Shown here one piece after another: positions 41,821 to 53,100 of a DNA stretch of 64,000 nucleotides. The position numbers and the translations under genes were made by a program. Source of the DNA: an uncultured delta proteobacterium (GTDB lineage Bacteria; Desulfobacterota; Desulfobacteria; Desulfobacterales; B30-G6); the NCBI GenBank assembly GCA_963848165.1, contig CAWKCS010000020.1:41180-105179 (forward strand), given 5' to 3'. The stretch's first letter is position 1; each line of letters starts with the position of its first letter. The notes beneath the pieces were generated by a model that worked only from the letters and a program-made list of their open reading frames with translations, made no database searches and was not told the DNA's origin.

Positions 41821-43251
41821 TCAGGATTCTTCGCCTTGGGAGCGACCAGGCAGGGTAATTCCGTGTTTTTTCATCAAACTCTGAAAGTTGGTACGTTGAA
41901 GGCCGGTTTTTTCACTGGCATGGGTGACATTCCAGTCGTTGTTTATCAGGGCGTTGAGGATGAAATTTTTTTCAACCGTTTGCACGGCTTTCCGGCGAAT
42001 CTCTTTTTTTATGGACTTGAGTTCTTCGTTGGTGGAGGGGGTGTATTCCACCAGATTTTCCAGATCGCCGAATTCGCCCAGGATCGGTAGCTCCTTGACA
42101 CCAATCATATCCCTGTCGCAGAGAATGATCGCCCGTTCGATCACATTCCGTAGCTGTCTAACATTTCCGGGCCAATCAAATGCAAGCAGGCGGCTGGTGG
42201 CGGCCTCATCGAGACCGCTGATCTCTTTTTTCATGGATTGCCCGAACTGCTTGATGAAATGATAGGCAATGGGGAGGATATCCATTTTTCTTTCCCTTAA
42301 GGGTGGAATGATGATCGGATAGACATAGATGCGATAATAGAAATCTTCCCTGAACGATCCTTCGGACACCATTTCCTCGAGGTGGGTGTTGGTGGCAAAT
42401 ATAAGGCGAACATCCACTTTCTTGGGTGATGTCCCGCCCAGAGGCAGAAATTCACGTGTTTCCAGGAACCGGAGGAGTTTTCCCTGGACCTCCATGCTGA
42501 TGTTGCTGATTTCATCCAGGAAAACAGTTCCCTTGTCCGCCAGTGAGAAAATACCGTCCTTTTGCCGATGGGCACCGGTAAAGGCGCCCTTGGTATGACC
42601 GAAGAGCTCATTCTCGAGAAGATTTCCGGACAGGGTGCCGCAATCCACCGCAAAGAATACATTTGATTTCCGTTTGCTGTTTGCATGGACTGCTCTGGAA
42701 ATCAGCTCTTTTCCGGTACCGCTTTCGCCTGTTACCAGAACCGTGGCATCTGTAGGTGCTACCTTTTCGACCATGGAGATGACTTTCCTTATCTTAGGGC
42801 TGCTGCCGATGAGCTGGTGGGAGGTGATTTTTTTTTGACCAATCTGGTTTTGCAGATTCCGGTTTTGCTGCTGTTGTTCCATATCTGTCAAGGCCTGGTG
42901 TACAACTGCCCTGAGTTCGTGGGGTGTAAAGGGTTTGGGGAGATAATCATAGGCCCCCATCTTCATGACTTCCACGGCCGAGGCTACGCTGGCATACCCG
43001 GTGATAACGATGACATGGGTATCGGGATAGGTTTCCTTGACCCTGTAAAGAAGCTCCATGCCACCCAGGCGGCTCATCTTGAGGTCGGTGACGATGATAC
43101 AAAACGGCTCATCCGCCATCATTTTCAATGCATCATATCCATTGAGTGCGTACTGGACATGATGGCCCTGTTTGGAGAGGATTTTGACACAGCTTTGGCA
43201 GATGTTGGGTTCATCGTCAACAATGAGGATCCGCCGCTGTTCAGTGTTCAT
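41821..43251 (-). CDS. sigma54-dependent response regulator (NtrC family: REC, AAA+, Fis-type HTH)
   Basis: MNTEQRRILIVDDE...IIVTDLKMSRLGG; Walker A GESGTGKE; sigma54-contact GAFTGA; C-terminal HTH WNVTHASEKTGLQRTNFQSLMKKHGI. The start at 43251 overlaps the kinase stop (ATGAACACTGA). Confidence 0.9.
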   Translation of the reverse strand: MNTEQRRILIVDDEPNICQSCVKILSKQGHHVQYALNGYDALKMMADEPFCIIVTDLKMSRLGGMELLYRVKETYPDTHVIVITGYASVASAVEVMKMGAYDYLPKPFTPHELRAVVHQALTDMEQQQQNRNLQNQIGQKKITSHQLIGSSPKIRKVISMVEKVAPTDATVLVTGESGTGKELISRAVHANSKRKSNVFFAVDCGTLSGNLLENELFGHTKGAFTGAHRQKDGIFSLADKGTVFLDEISNISMEVQGKLLRFLETREFLPLGGTSPKKVDVRLIFATNTHLEEMVSEGSFREDFYYRIYVYPIIIPPLRERKMDILPIAYHFIKQFGQSMKKEISGLDEAATSRLLAFDWPGNVRQLRNVIERAIILCDRDMIGVKELPILGEFGDLENLVEYTPSTNEELKSIKKEIRRKAVQTVEKNFILNALINNDWNVTHASEKTGLQRTNFQSLMKKHGITLPGRSQGEES

Positions 43252-44682
43252 AAACCTTGTCCTTTGCCAGGGGGAGCTTGATGGTAAAGGTCGTTCCATG
43301 CCCAAGCCTGCTTTCGGCCCCGATGGATCCGTTGTGTTGTTCGACGATGCCGTGGGTAATGGCCAGTCCGAGACCGCTGCCGTCACTCTTGGTTGTAAAG
43401 AACGGGTCAAAAATTTTTACCAGATTTTCTTCGGCAATACCTTCTCCGCTGTCGGCCACGGACACATGAATTTCACGGTTTTCAGGAACATACCGGGTAA
43501 GGACCCGCACATAACCACCGGCGGCGGTGGCCTCGATGGCGTTGAGTACGAGATTGATGAGGGATTGCTGAATCTGGCCCTTGTCCACGAGAACACGCGG
43601 CAAATTGGGACGCCAGGTCCTGTTCCACGGACACGTCCTTGAAGGCCGCCTGTTTTTTTGTCAGCAGGAGACTTTCCTTGACGATGTCGTTGAGATTGTG
43701 TTCTTTTTTGTCCGGTCTGGTCTGCCGGGCAAAATCGAGCAGGCTGGTGACAATCTTTCTGCATCTCAGGGTTTCTTTGGCAATGGTCTCCAATTCCAGG
43801 TACATGGGGTCTTCGGGTCGGGTCTCTTCCTGGAGCAGCATGGCTGTTGTCAAGATGGTGGTGAGGGGGTTGTTGATTTCGTGGGCGACACCCGCCGAAA
43901 GTCGCCCGATGGATGCCAGCTTTTCCTGCTGCATCATGCTCTTCTGAACGTTGATATCACCGGTGATGTCTCTGGATATCTCCACCACGCCCAGGATATC
44001 GCCGTCTTCGATAAGCGGATAGGTGGAGATGGAGTAGTAGATTTCCTTGTCGTCTTTGTCCAGATGAATGTGGGTGGTCTGGGATGGTTCGATGGTTTCC
44101 ATGGTTTTTAACAAGGGGCAGGGGTGCTTCTCCCCGGAGCATGGAAAGGACTGGCGATGGGTAATTTCGTAGCAGTATTTGCCCACCACTTCTTCTCTTT
44201 TGAGTCCCAGCCGGTTCAGGACGGTATTGTTGACGTCGATGATACGGTAGTCATGCCCGATGACCAGAACATCTTCCTGGATCAGTTCGTTGATCATTGT
44301 TTTGTACAGGGCGTTGGCTTCGTAGAGTTCCTGGCTGGTCTTTTTCTGCATGTTCGACACACGCGCGATTTCCCAGAAAAGCTGTGCGGTTCGAGTTGAT
44401 ATGGCGCGGACGTCCGGTCCCTTTTTTATTCAGGATGTCATAGATAATGTCTGTGTTGCCGGTGAGTTCGATGATAAGCTCGATATCGTCCCGGGAAAAC
44501 AGATCATTGTAGTCGGTGGTGGTGAAGAGACCCTTTTCTTTTGCAAGAAGCATACCCGGGGCATCGGTTTTCAGGTCTGCCACCGCAACGACCCTGGGGT
44601 GTATTTTTTCGAATTGGTGCTGATCGATGAGATTCAATAACTGGGCGCATTTTGTACCACCCCCGACGACGGCTATGTTCAT
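43241..44682 (-). CDS. sensor histidine kinase with N-terminal Rossmann-like domain, PAS, HisKA, HATPase; two apparent frameshifts (about 43607-43609 and 44419-44427)
   Basis: Three overlapping track ORFs tile one protein. First MNIAVVGGGTKCAQLL...ILNKKG | PDVRAISTRTAQLFWEIARVSNMQKK...PAS. Then H-box LSAGVAHEINNPL...VSVEQDLAS | NLPRVLVDKGQIQQSLINLVLNAIEA...DSGEGI...GSGLGL. Confidence 0.8.
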
Positions 44683-44737
44683 GGGATTTTCCGGTTCAAT
44701 TGTTAATGGTTACGATTGGCTTTGTTTTCGTTTCCGA

Positions 44738-44862
44738 CTGTCACTTACGCCTTTATCTGTCATTTGCACTACGCGTGTAATTTATTGCTGCTCATAGCTG
44801 ATCGCTTGTAGCTGCGATAAATGACACGAAGTAAATGACCACCAATGACGCGAAGCAAATAA
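44738..44862. repeat. short copy of the GTCATTTGCGCTTCGCG-unit palindromic array
   Basis: GTCACTTACGCC..GTCATTTGCACTACGCG..., then a spacer, then ATGACACGAAGTAAATGAC..AATGACGCGAAGCAAATAAC. Same unit family as 55410-55757. Confidence 0.7.
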
Positions 44863-44959
44863 CATTAGCTTAACTTGACCCTGACTGCTCGCTTTGTATA
44901 CTATTATTTTGAATAAATTTCAAACAGGTGTGGCCCGAAAAGGAAACAAGATGATTTAG

Positions 44960-45862
44960 ATGGAATCTTTTCAACCAAAACCAAAGGGGATCATCATCTG
45001 CGGGCCGACCGGAGTCGGCAAGACATCGTTTGCCATCCAACTGGCAAGATTGTTCCAGGGAGAAATCATCGGTGCGGACTCCATGCAGATATACCGGCAT
45101 ATGGATATCGGCACGGCCAAACCGACCCCGGCGGAACGATCCCTGGTTCCCCATCACATGGTGGATATCGTCGATCCGGACGAACCATTCGATGCGGAGA
45201 CCTATGCCACCCTGTCGCTTTCCATTGTAATGGCGTTGCAGGCGCGGCAAGTGTTGCCCTTTGTTGTGGGGGGCACGGGTCTCTATATCAAGTCCCTGGT
45301 TTATGGCCTGTTTGATGCGCGGCCCCGGGACGAAGCGCTTCGGATACGGTTGAAGCAGGAGGCTGAAAAGGAGGGGGCAGAGGCCCTTTTTGAGCGCTTG
45401 AAACAGGTCGATCCTGTAACTGCGCGTAAATTGCACGTCAATGATACCTACCGCATCATACGTGCTCTGGAGGTGTATGAAACATCGGGAGTACCGATTT
45501 CCGATTATCAGCGGCGACACCGGTTTCAGGAAAGCAGGGTGACGACACTGAAATTCGGTCTGCATATGGGCCGGGACCAACTTTATGACCGGATCGACGA
45601 GCGAGTTGACATGATGATCCAGGCGGGTCTTCTGGATGAAGTCAGGCGCCTGCAGGAATCGGGGTATTCAGGCGAGTTGAAATCCATGCAGTCCATTGGT
45701 TATCGTCACATGTGCGATTTTTTGGACGGGCGTCTGGATTGGCCGGAAACCATCCGGACCTTGAAGCGGGATACCCGGCGATACGCCAAGCGTCAGATGA
45801 CATGGTTCAAGGCCGACAGGGAGGTTGTCTGGGTGGATCCGGTTGTTTCCAGACGAGATTGA
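44960..45862 (+). CDS. miaA: tRNA dimethylallyltransferase
   Basis: 300 aa with IIICGPTGVGKTSFAIQLA...GEIIGADSMQIYRHMDIGTAKPT...HHMVDIVDP...GGTGLYI. Confidence 0.9.
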   Translation: MESFQPKPKGIIICGPTGVGKTSFAIQLARLFQGEIIGADSMQIYRHMDIGTAKPTPAERSLVPHHMVDIVDPDEPFDAETYATLSLSIVMALQARQVLPFVVGGTGLYIKSLVYGLFDARPRDEALRIRLKQEAEKEGAEALFERLKQVDPVTARKLHVNDTYRIIRALEVYETSGVPISDYQRRHRFQESRVTTLKFGLHMGRDQLYDRIDERVDMMIQAGLLDEVRRLQESGYSGELKSMQSIGYRHMCDFLDGRLDWPETIRTLKRDTRRYAKRQMTWFKADREVVWVDPVVSRRD

Positions 45863-45999
45863 AAATACGATTAAAAGATTTTTAGCCGCAAGAAATTGCC
45901 TTTGACAACCTCCTTTGGCATGTTCATATTATATCTATTAAGAAAAAATAGAAAGAAAGGAAAAACCAATGACAGGTAAAAATTGTCGTATGTCAATGG

Positions 46000-46474
46000 A
46001 TGTATAGATGGATATTGTCCGTACTTTTGATGATTGCCATGGGCGCCGGCGTCGGTTTTGCAGAAGAGCCTAAAGACATGGGCGGATGGGAATTGGGCAG
46101 CACTTACAACCAATACTACAATCCATCGGAGATGGACCGTCTCAAATGCACTGTTACGAAGGTAACCACGGTGGTACCGCTCAAGGGTATGGCGCCGGGT
46201 GTGGCACTCCTTGTCGAGGAATCCAAAGGGGATACGACCTTGGTGCACGTATGCCCGGAGTGGTATCTGGGATCCAAAGATATTGGACTCAAGAAAGGTG
46301 ACAATCTGAAAATCAGGGGTTCGTGGGCGGAAATCAACGGCGAATTCATTTTTATGGCATCCAAGATCAAAAAAGGCGACTACTTTGAATTAAAAGTCAG
46401 ATTGACTTCAAGATGGAAAGCCTTTCTGGACCATGAGTCCCGAGGAGATTGCCAAAGAGACGGCAAGCCAATAA
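46000..46474 (+). CDS. small exported protein of unknown function; apparent frameshift at 46410-46411
   Basis: Signal peptide MYRWILSVLLMIAMGAGVGFA. The track ORF runs on into the convergent kinase gene. A 1-nt shift after ...KVRLTS gives DGKPFWTMSPEEIAKETASQ* and a sensible stop at 46472-46474. Confidence 0.5.
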
Positions 46475-46500
46475 CACGAATGTTGCACAATGTTATTCCT

Positions 46501-47661
46501 TCATTGATGACCTGGTCCTTTGGATCCGGGTATCTGCATAGGGATTTTGATGGTAAACCGAGAACCCTGACCCTGGACGGAATCCACGCTGATGGATCCG
46601 CCATGCTGAGCGATGATCTTGTTGGAAAGAAAGAGCCCCAGTCCGGTTCCCTCACGGCCTTTTGAAGAGTAAAAAAGTGAAAAGAGGTTGTCCCGGGTCT
46701 CGAAATCCATTCCGATGCCATTGTCACTGACGATAAAGAAAAGATGTTTTTTGTCATTCTTGACCGAAAACACTATTTTGTGCTTTTTATTCTGGTCGTT
46801 CCTGATACAGGCATCAATGGCATTTTCGAGAATGTTGATGAGGGCGGAGTGGACAAATCCTGCATCGATTTCGATTTTTTCGGCAGAGAAATCGAAATCT
46901 TTTACCAGCGCGATGTTCAGTGTTTTGCTCTTGGGTTCAACGACCCGGATGACATCATTGGCAAAGGTGAGAATGTCGACCTCGTCACGTCTCAGGTTTC
47001 TTTCTTTTGCGTAGAACAGGATGTCGCTCACCATCCGTCGAATCCGCTCCACCATCATTTTGAGAATATCGCTGCCTTCCTCGATCTTCACGAGGTCGTT
47101 GGCCTTCAATCCTGATCCGAGAAGATAGAGACCCCCATCCAGACCGGTCAACAGCCCCTTGATCCCGTGTGAAATAGATCCTACCATAAGACCCAGGTTT
47201 GAGAGATTGTCCTGGAGTTCGGTTTTTTCGCGGATGAGTCGTTCAAGGTTCTCGGTGTATTGCTGGAGTTGTTTGCGGGTGGTAATCTTTTCTTCGACCC
47301 TTTTCAGGGAGATTTCCAGCGCGTCCACATTGATGGGTTTGGTAATAAAATCGGTGGCGCGGTGTTTCAGACTTTTGATGGCCAGGTCCATATCACCATG
47401 ACCGGTGATCATGATGACTTCCGCTTCGGGATTTTCACGCTTGATTCGTTGCAGGAGCTCGATGCCATCCATGACGGGCATTTTGATATCGGTCAGGACA
47501 ATGGGGGGCATCTCCGACAGGAAGGTTTTCCATGCTGTTTCACCATTACCGGCTGTCAATACCTGATATCCCATGTCCGACAAGGTCATGCCGAGGACAT
47601 CACGGATGTCTTCTTCGTCGTCCACCAGGAGAATTTTTTTCTTGTCTTGGGATGGATTCAT
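46501..47661 (-). CDS. receiver-histidine kinase fusion (REC, HisKA-like, HATPase)
   Basis: 386 aa with ILLVDDEEDIRD...IVLTDIKMPVMDG...MITGHGD; H-box region VGSISHGIKGLLTGL; ATPase boxes NILENAIDA, DNGIGMD, GTGLGL. Confidence 0.85.
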   Translation of the reverse strand: MNPSQDKKKILLVDDEEDIRDVLGMTLSDMGYQVLTAGNGETAWKTFLSEMPPIVLTDIKMPVMDGIELLQRIKRENPEAEVIMITGHGDMDLAIKSLKHRATDFITKPINVDALEISLKRVEEKITTRKQLQQYTENLERLIREKTELQDNLSNLGLMVGSISHGIKGLLTGLDGGLYLLGSGLKANDLVKIEEGSDILKMMVERIRRMVSDILFYAKERNLRRDEVDILTFANDVIRVVEPKSKTLNIALVKDFDFSAEKIEIDAGFVHSALINILENAIDACIRNDQNKKHKIVFSVKNDKKHLFFIVSDNGIGMDFETRDNLFSLFYSSKGREGTGLGLFLSNKIIAQHGGSISVDSVQGQGSRFTIKIPMQIPGSKGPGHQ

Positions 47662-47676
47662 TTTCTTCTCTTAACT

Positions 47677-47838
47677 TTAAGCGGTAAGCTGTAAGCGATA
47701 AGCTCTAACGGCTTATAGCTTATCGTCTAGTTAGCTTTTCCCTTTGACTTCCAAATATCTGTTTGTATCCCCGCTGCTTGTCGAAAACCTCCAACATAAT
47801 AGCTTCAACGTCCGTCCGACCCTCAAACCCTTCACATT
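47677..47838. repeat. composite spacer (AGCT palindrome plus C-rich tail) between the sensor kinase and REC-kinase genes
   Basis: TTAAGCGGTAAGCTGTAAGCGATAAGCTCTAACGGCTTATAGCTTATCGTCTAGTTAGC ... AACCTCCAAC...GACCCTCAAACCCTTC. Confidence 0.7.
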
Positions 47839-47839
47839 C

Positions 47840-50107
47840 TTATTTTGGTACCGGAAACGACACAATAAAGCAGGTGCCCTGGTCCTTGTTGGGCAGGACC
47901 TCGATCATTCCCCCACAATCTTTGACAATGCCGTAGCTAATGGAAAGGCCTAAACCGGTACCCTTACCGACTTCCTTGGTGGTGAAAAATGGTTCGAAAA
48001 TCTTGTCTGCAACATGTTTTGGCATGCCGATGCCCGTGTCGCAGACCTCGGCGATGACCCGTCCGCCTTCCGTGTAGGTTCGGAGCGTAATGCGTTCTTC
48101 ATGACTGGTACGGCCGGCAGCCATTTTCTCCTCGATGGCATCCCTGGCATTGAGCAGGAGATTGATGATTACCTGTTCAAGGCGATCCGGGTCGGCATGG
48201 ATCTTGGGTAAGGTCTGGCTCATATCCCTGACCACCGCAATCCCTCTGACTTTCAGCTGCTGGCTGAAAATCTCGAATGCATTCACGAGGACGTCGTTGA
48301 TGGATATTTTCTCCATTGCCATGTCTGTTTTCCTGGCAAACTGCCGCATGTGGTTGATAATCCGGGCAGCCCGGTCGACATTGCTGTCCACTTTCGTCAG
48401 CATGGTATCCAGGATCTCTTTTTTAATGGTTTCGCCGCGGTTGATCTTCTTGATAAAAAAGCTACTGGCCGTCTTGATGACGGACAGGGGTTGATTCAGT
48501 TCGTGGGCAACGCCTGTGGCCATCTCGCCCAGTGTGGCCATTTTGCTGGCCTGGATTAGCTGTTGTTCCGCCTCAAGGCGTTTGGTGATGTCACTTGTGG
48601 TGACCAGGAGAACTTCTTGTCCGGAATATTCGGAGAGGGATACGCGAATATTGACATAAAGTTCCTTGCCGGTTTTTGTCAGATGTCTGGCCTGGTTAAT
48701 GATGGTATCTGTCTTTAGCCTAACGGCGTAGGTGTCCTTTTCTTCTTTACGGAACAGGTTCAGAAAGGAACTATTGATAAGGTCGCCGGTTGTAAATCCA
48801 TATACCGATTCTGCACTCATGTTACAGTCCAGGATCGTGAGGGTCTGGATGTCGAGTACAAATACTGGATTGGGTATGTTGCTGAAGATAGCATGATATT
48901 TCTTTTCCGACTTTTCCAGATCGACTTCGAGTTGCCGCCGTTCTGAAATATCGTGAGAGATTTCCATGGCGGCAACAACCTCGCCTTTATCGTTGACAAT
49001 GGGCGAGGTCCAGACGATCCAGTGTTTGATGCTGCCGTCCTTGTCGACACCGGTCTCTTCGGTTGAGTAAGATTTACCATCGGCAAATGTCCATTCGACC
49101 GGACAGCGCTCACACTTTTCCGAGCGGCCTTTGTAGGCGTGGTAGCAGAAATCCCCGGGAACGGGGTCGAAACGATTCGAAAACTCTTTATTATAACGCA
49201 GCAGCTTGAAATTTCGATTCTGGACGGTAATGATACAGGGTACCTGTTCAAACAGCTGCATATATTCATCCCGCTGCTTGTTGAGAGCTGTTTCATGCTC
49301 GGCGATTTCGGATCCCATTTTATCGATGGCATCCCCTAACTGCCCCATTTCGTCCTTCTGTGAAAGATGGGCTTTCCTGCCATAGTCACCCTTTGCAATA
49401 TCCCGGGTTCGGGTGATAAGTTTTTTGACGGGACGGTTGACAAACCGGAACACAAAGAAACAGATAATCGTAGACGTGAGAAGAAAAACGGAGATGGACA
49501 TGCCGATGATACCCCGTTGGAGTTGATACAGGCCTTTGTCTGTTTCTTTCAGAGAGACTACCAGGTCCAGGGCACCGAGAATTTTCTTTCCCTGGGGGTG
49601 AACATGACAGTCGTCGGTTGAACAACCCGGTTCGTTGCGGATAGGACTGATGATGCCGAGGAGTCGATATCCCCCGGCATGGTTGAAGATACGCGTTCTT
49701 TCATTCAGGGCGAGTTCGGAAAGGGGTGGTTCCGACCGGTGGCAGATGTCGCAGGCTTCGGCCTTGATGTTCGTGGACAGATCGACCTCGGATGGTCGGT
49801 TGGAAAATTTGATTTCCCCTGCTTTATTGTATATTCGGATATTCTCTATTTCAGGAAGCTGTCCGATGTTCATGATGATCTGGTTGATGTCGTCCCTGGA
49901 ATTGAGCATCATGGCGTAATGGGTTCCTAGCCGGATAGTGGTGGTAAGCCTGTCGGTGGTTCCCACAATATTTTGCATTTCTTTTTCCTTCTGATAGCGT
50001 ACATTAATGTAGGTCCAGATTGAAAAAGAAACGAGGAAGACAAGCCCCACGGTTAGCACAATTTTGGAGACAAGCCGGCTACGTATTTTGTTGAATAACG
50101 TCATCAT
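47840..50107 (-). CDS. sensor histidine kinase (periplasmic domain with CXXCH motif, HAMP, 2 PAS, HisKA, HATPase)
   Basis: TM1 at residues 15-35. The periplasmic region contains EACDICHRS and [10 protein letters not shown], followed by TM2/HAMP. H-box [13 protein letters not shown]; DTGIGMP; GTGLGL. Start is placed at MMTLFNK (50107), 7 nt after the upstream stop. Confidence 0.85.
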   Translation of the reverse strand: MMTLFNKIRSRLVSKIVLTVGLVFLVSFSIWTYINVRYQKEKEMQNIVGTTDRLTTTIRLGTHYAMMLNSRDDINQIIMNIGQLPEIENIRIYNKAGEIKFSNRPSEVDLSTNIKAEACDICHRSEPPLSELALNERTRIFNHAGGYRLLGIISPIRNEPGCSTDDCHVHPQGKKILGALDLVVSLKETDKGLYQLQRGIIGMSISVFLLTSTIICFFVFRFVNRPVKKLITRTRDIAKGDYGRKAHLSQKDEMGQLGDAIDKMGSEIAEHETALNKQRDEYMQLFEQVPCIITVQNRNFKLLRYNKEFSNRFDPVPGDFCYHAYKGRSEKCERCPVEWTFADGKSYSTEETGVDKDGSIKHWIVWTSPIVNDKGEVVAAMEISHDISERRQLEVDLEKSEKKYHAIFSNIPNPVFVLDIQTLTILDCNMSAESVYGFTTGDLINSSFLNLFRKEEKDTYAVRLKTDTIINQARHLTKTGKELYVNIRVSLSEYSGQEVLLVTTSDITKRLEAEQQLIQASKMATLGEMATGVAHELNQPLSVIKTASSFFIKKINRGETIKKEILDTMLTKVDSNVDRAARIINHMRQFARKTDMAMEKISINDVLVNAFEIFSQQLKVRGIAVVRDMSQTLPKIHADPDRLEQVIINLLLNARDAIEEKMAAGRTSHEERITLRTYTEGGRVIAEVCDTGIGMPKHVADKIFEPFFTTKEVGKGTGLGLSISYGIVKDCGGMIEVLPNKDQGTCFIVSFPVPK

Positions 50108-50114
50108 GAGCGGT

Positions 50115-53100
50115 TCACTGCTTTGGTTCAACGGGATAGACAGAGGAACCTGGTTGCCATGTGCTCTCAATGGCTGCATCGATCATGTCCAGCACCTGAT
50201 GATCGGCAAAGCCCTGGATCACGGAAGCACTGTTGGGGCATGCCGTGGCACAGTCGCCACATCCCTGGCACATGGCCGGGTTGACCACGATTTTCCCCAT
50301 GTCCGGATCCAGACGTCTTGCATGGTAAGGGCACGTATCGATACACCGTTCGCAAAGACTGCAGAGGCTGTGTCGAACCGAGGCGACGATTTTCCCGGCA
50401 GACAACTTTTCATGGGCGAGAATTCGTAATGCTCTTTGCGCGGCAGCGCCGGCGGTGGCGATGGTGTCCGGTATTGATCTGGGGGACAAGGCAATTCCGC
50501 AGCCAAAGACCCCTTCTTTGAGCGCGTCTACAGGGCGCCATTTGGATTCCGCTTCCAGAAAAAAACCGTCTTGATCCGCTTCCACGGCAAAGGCCTCCGC
50601 CAGGGTTGCCGGCAACTGCGGAACGATACCGGTGGCCAGAACCAGCAGATCGGCCTCTATCTCCAGAGGTCTATTCAGAATGGGATCTGTGACGGTAATT
50701 AAAAGGGGGGTATTCGCTTCCGTTGGAACGGTTACCCGGGGCGTGTTATCCAGGTCGTACTGGATAAAGATGACACCCGCCTTACGGGCTGCTGTGAAGT
50801 AGCTCTCGGTGAATCCAATGGTCATCATGTCACGGTAAAGAATGTAAACAGCTAACTGCGGGTTCGCTTTTTTCAGCTTTAAGGCGTGTTTCAACGATGT
50901 GGGGCAGCAGACCCGGCTGCAGTAATTCCTCGGTTCCTGCCTGGAATCCACACACTGAATCATCACCACGGAATCGAGTTTCTGCGGGTCGACATCACCC
51001 TGTACCAGACCCGATTCCAGTTCTTTCTGGGTCATGACGGCCTGACTGGTACCATAGCCATATGCACGGGTTGTGGCTTCGTTGCCGCCGGTTGCCAGAA
51101 TGGCGGTACCGTGTTGAATCGTTTCAATGGTTCCATCACCGCTTTCAATGGTTGTATAAAAATCACCCACTTCACCGAAAGCGGCCGTAATTTTTGTTTG
51201 CAGGTGGATATGCAGAAGCGGGTGCTTTTCTGCCGCCTGAGCGATTTGATGAAGATACGGCTCCAGAGAAAGCCCCTCAATGGTTTGCTGCAACCAGAGC
51301 AGGTTCCCTCCAAGTCTGTCACTTTGCTCCACAAGGTCCACAGGATACCCGTGATCCGCGATTGCCAGGGCGGCATGTATCCCGGCGATGCCGCCGCCGA
51401 CGACCAAGGCCCTTCTGGTGACAGGCAGCGAGGTTGTCGGTAGCGGATCCATGTTCTTTAACCGGGAAATGCCCATTTTTAAAGCTGATAGCTGATGGCT
51501 GATAGCAGATAACTGGTTTGTTTGGTTTTTGTTGTAAGCGAAGATCGGGGACATGATATCCACCACATCCATCATTTCGGCATCCAGATGAACCCGGCGG
51601 CTCAGCTCTCTCAATTTTCGGATGTAAAGATACGGATGGCATGCTCCTAGGAGGATTCGGTTGGGCTTGGAGGCTTCGATGATCCCGGTGAGTTCTTCCC
51701 ATCCTGTCGCCGTGCAGCATTGTCGGAGAAAAACGACCTTGTCCACACACGGATCCTGTTGGAGCTGGTGTGTCAATGCGTCGACGTCCAGGTGCTCCGA
51801 ATACTTGTTTCCACAATTGCAGACGGCTACAAGCATCTTCGGCGCTTCTCTTGAGACGTCCTGATTTGCCGGCTCAGAAAAAGATTCGTCTGAAAGACCG
51901 CCTCCCGCAGCATGAATGATCCGGGAGGCCTCCAGAGAAGCCGCAGATGCATACATCACGGATTCACTGATATCTTTGAGGCCTGAAAACGATCCGCCGG
52001 CCAGCACGCCCAATCGGTCGGTAGTCACCGGGGAAAGGGGTTCTGTCTGGATAAACCCCCAGGGATTCAGGGGTGCCTCGATCAGTTTTGATAATTCCTC
52101 GATACCACGGGCCGGGCGTTGTCCTACGGCCAGCACCACCAGATCGAAGGTTTCATTGTGGAGACGCCCATCGGTCTGGGCATATCGGATGAGCGGTTCT
52201 CCGGTCACGGCATCCGCTGTGATGGAATGGATGCGGGCCCTTTCAAATCGCACGCCGTGCTCCTGCTCTGCGCTGTCACGATAGCGCTGGAATGTTTTTC
52301 CGAAGGTGCGCATATCCATGTAAAAAATGGTGGTTTCAACGGGCGAGGGGTTCTTTTTTTTCACCAGCATGGCTTCCTTTATGGCGACCATGCAACAGAC
52401 GGAAGAGCAGTAATCTGCGTTGAACTGGACATCTCGAGAGCCGACACACTGTATCCAGGCGATCTTCTCAATTTTTTTACCATCATGGGGGCTCACCAGT
52501 CGGCCTTGTGTCGGCCCGGTGCCGCTCAGCATCCGTTCCAGTTCGAGACTGGTTATCACCCCGGGGGTTGTCCCGTAGCCGTATACATTTTTTGATTCGG
52601 CAGGGTCGAAATATGCCGTGCCACCAGAAAAAACGATGGCACCCACCTCAAGGTGTTGAATGTCACCGACTTCGATCTCCTCGTAAATCTGAACGATTTT
52701 CGCGATCATCCGTTCCGGATCAAATGGTTTCATCAGATAATCCTGGGCACCTATTTTCATGGCTTCCACGGCGGTTTCCACCGTGGCAAAAGCGGTCATC
52801 ATCAATACACACAGGTCCGGAAAATTTTCTTTTGCTTTCTTGAGGAGATCGACGCCATCCATTCCCGGCATCTTGATATCCGTCAACATGAGGTTAAACG
52901 ACGCCTTTGACAGCTTTTCCAGGGCCACGGATCCGGATTCAGCCACATCCACGAAGAAACCTTCTTCGTCCAGCCATTCCTTCAGGGAGTCGCGTACGAT
53001 CAGTTCGTCATCCACCACGAGGACACGAAACTCTTTCCGTTTCTCAAGTGACAGCTCGATGGCCTGGGTGGGACAAATCTTTTCGCATTCTCCACAGTGG

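Noticed and set aside
43252-43410. Longer N-termini offered by the track for the NtrC-type regulator (43410), hybrid kinase (28006), sensor kinase (50179), HdrL-like (59210) and QmoC::HdrD (61512)
   Set aside because: The extensions overlap the upstream genes and have non-protein-like composition. In each case an internal ATG gives a canonical family N-terminus with tight coupling to the upstream stop, and three of the five also have an RBS.
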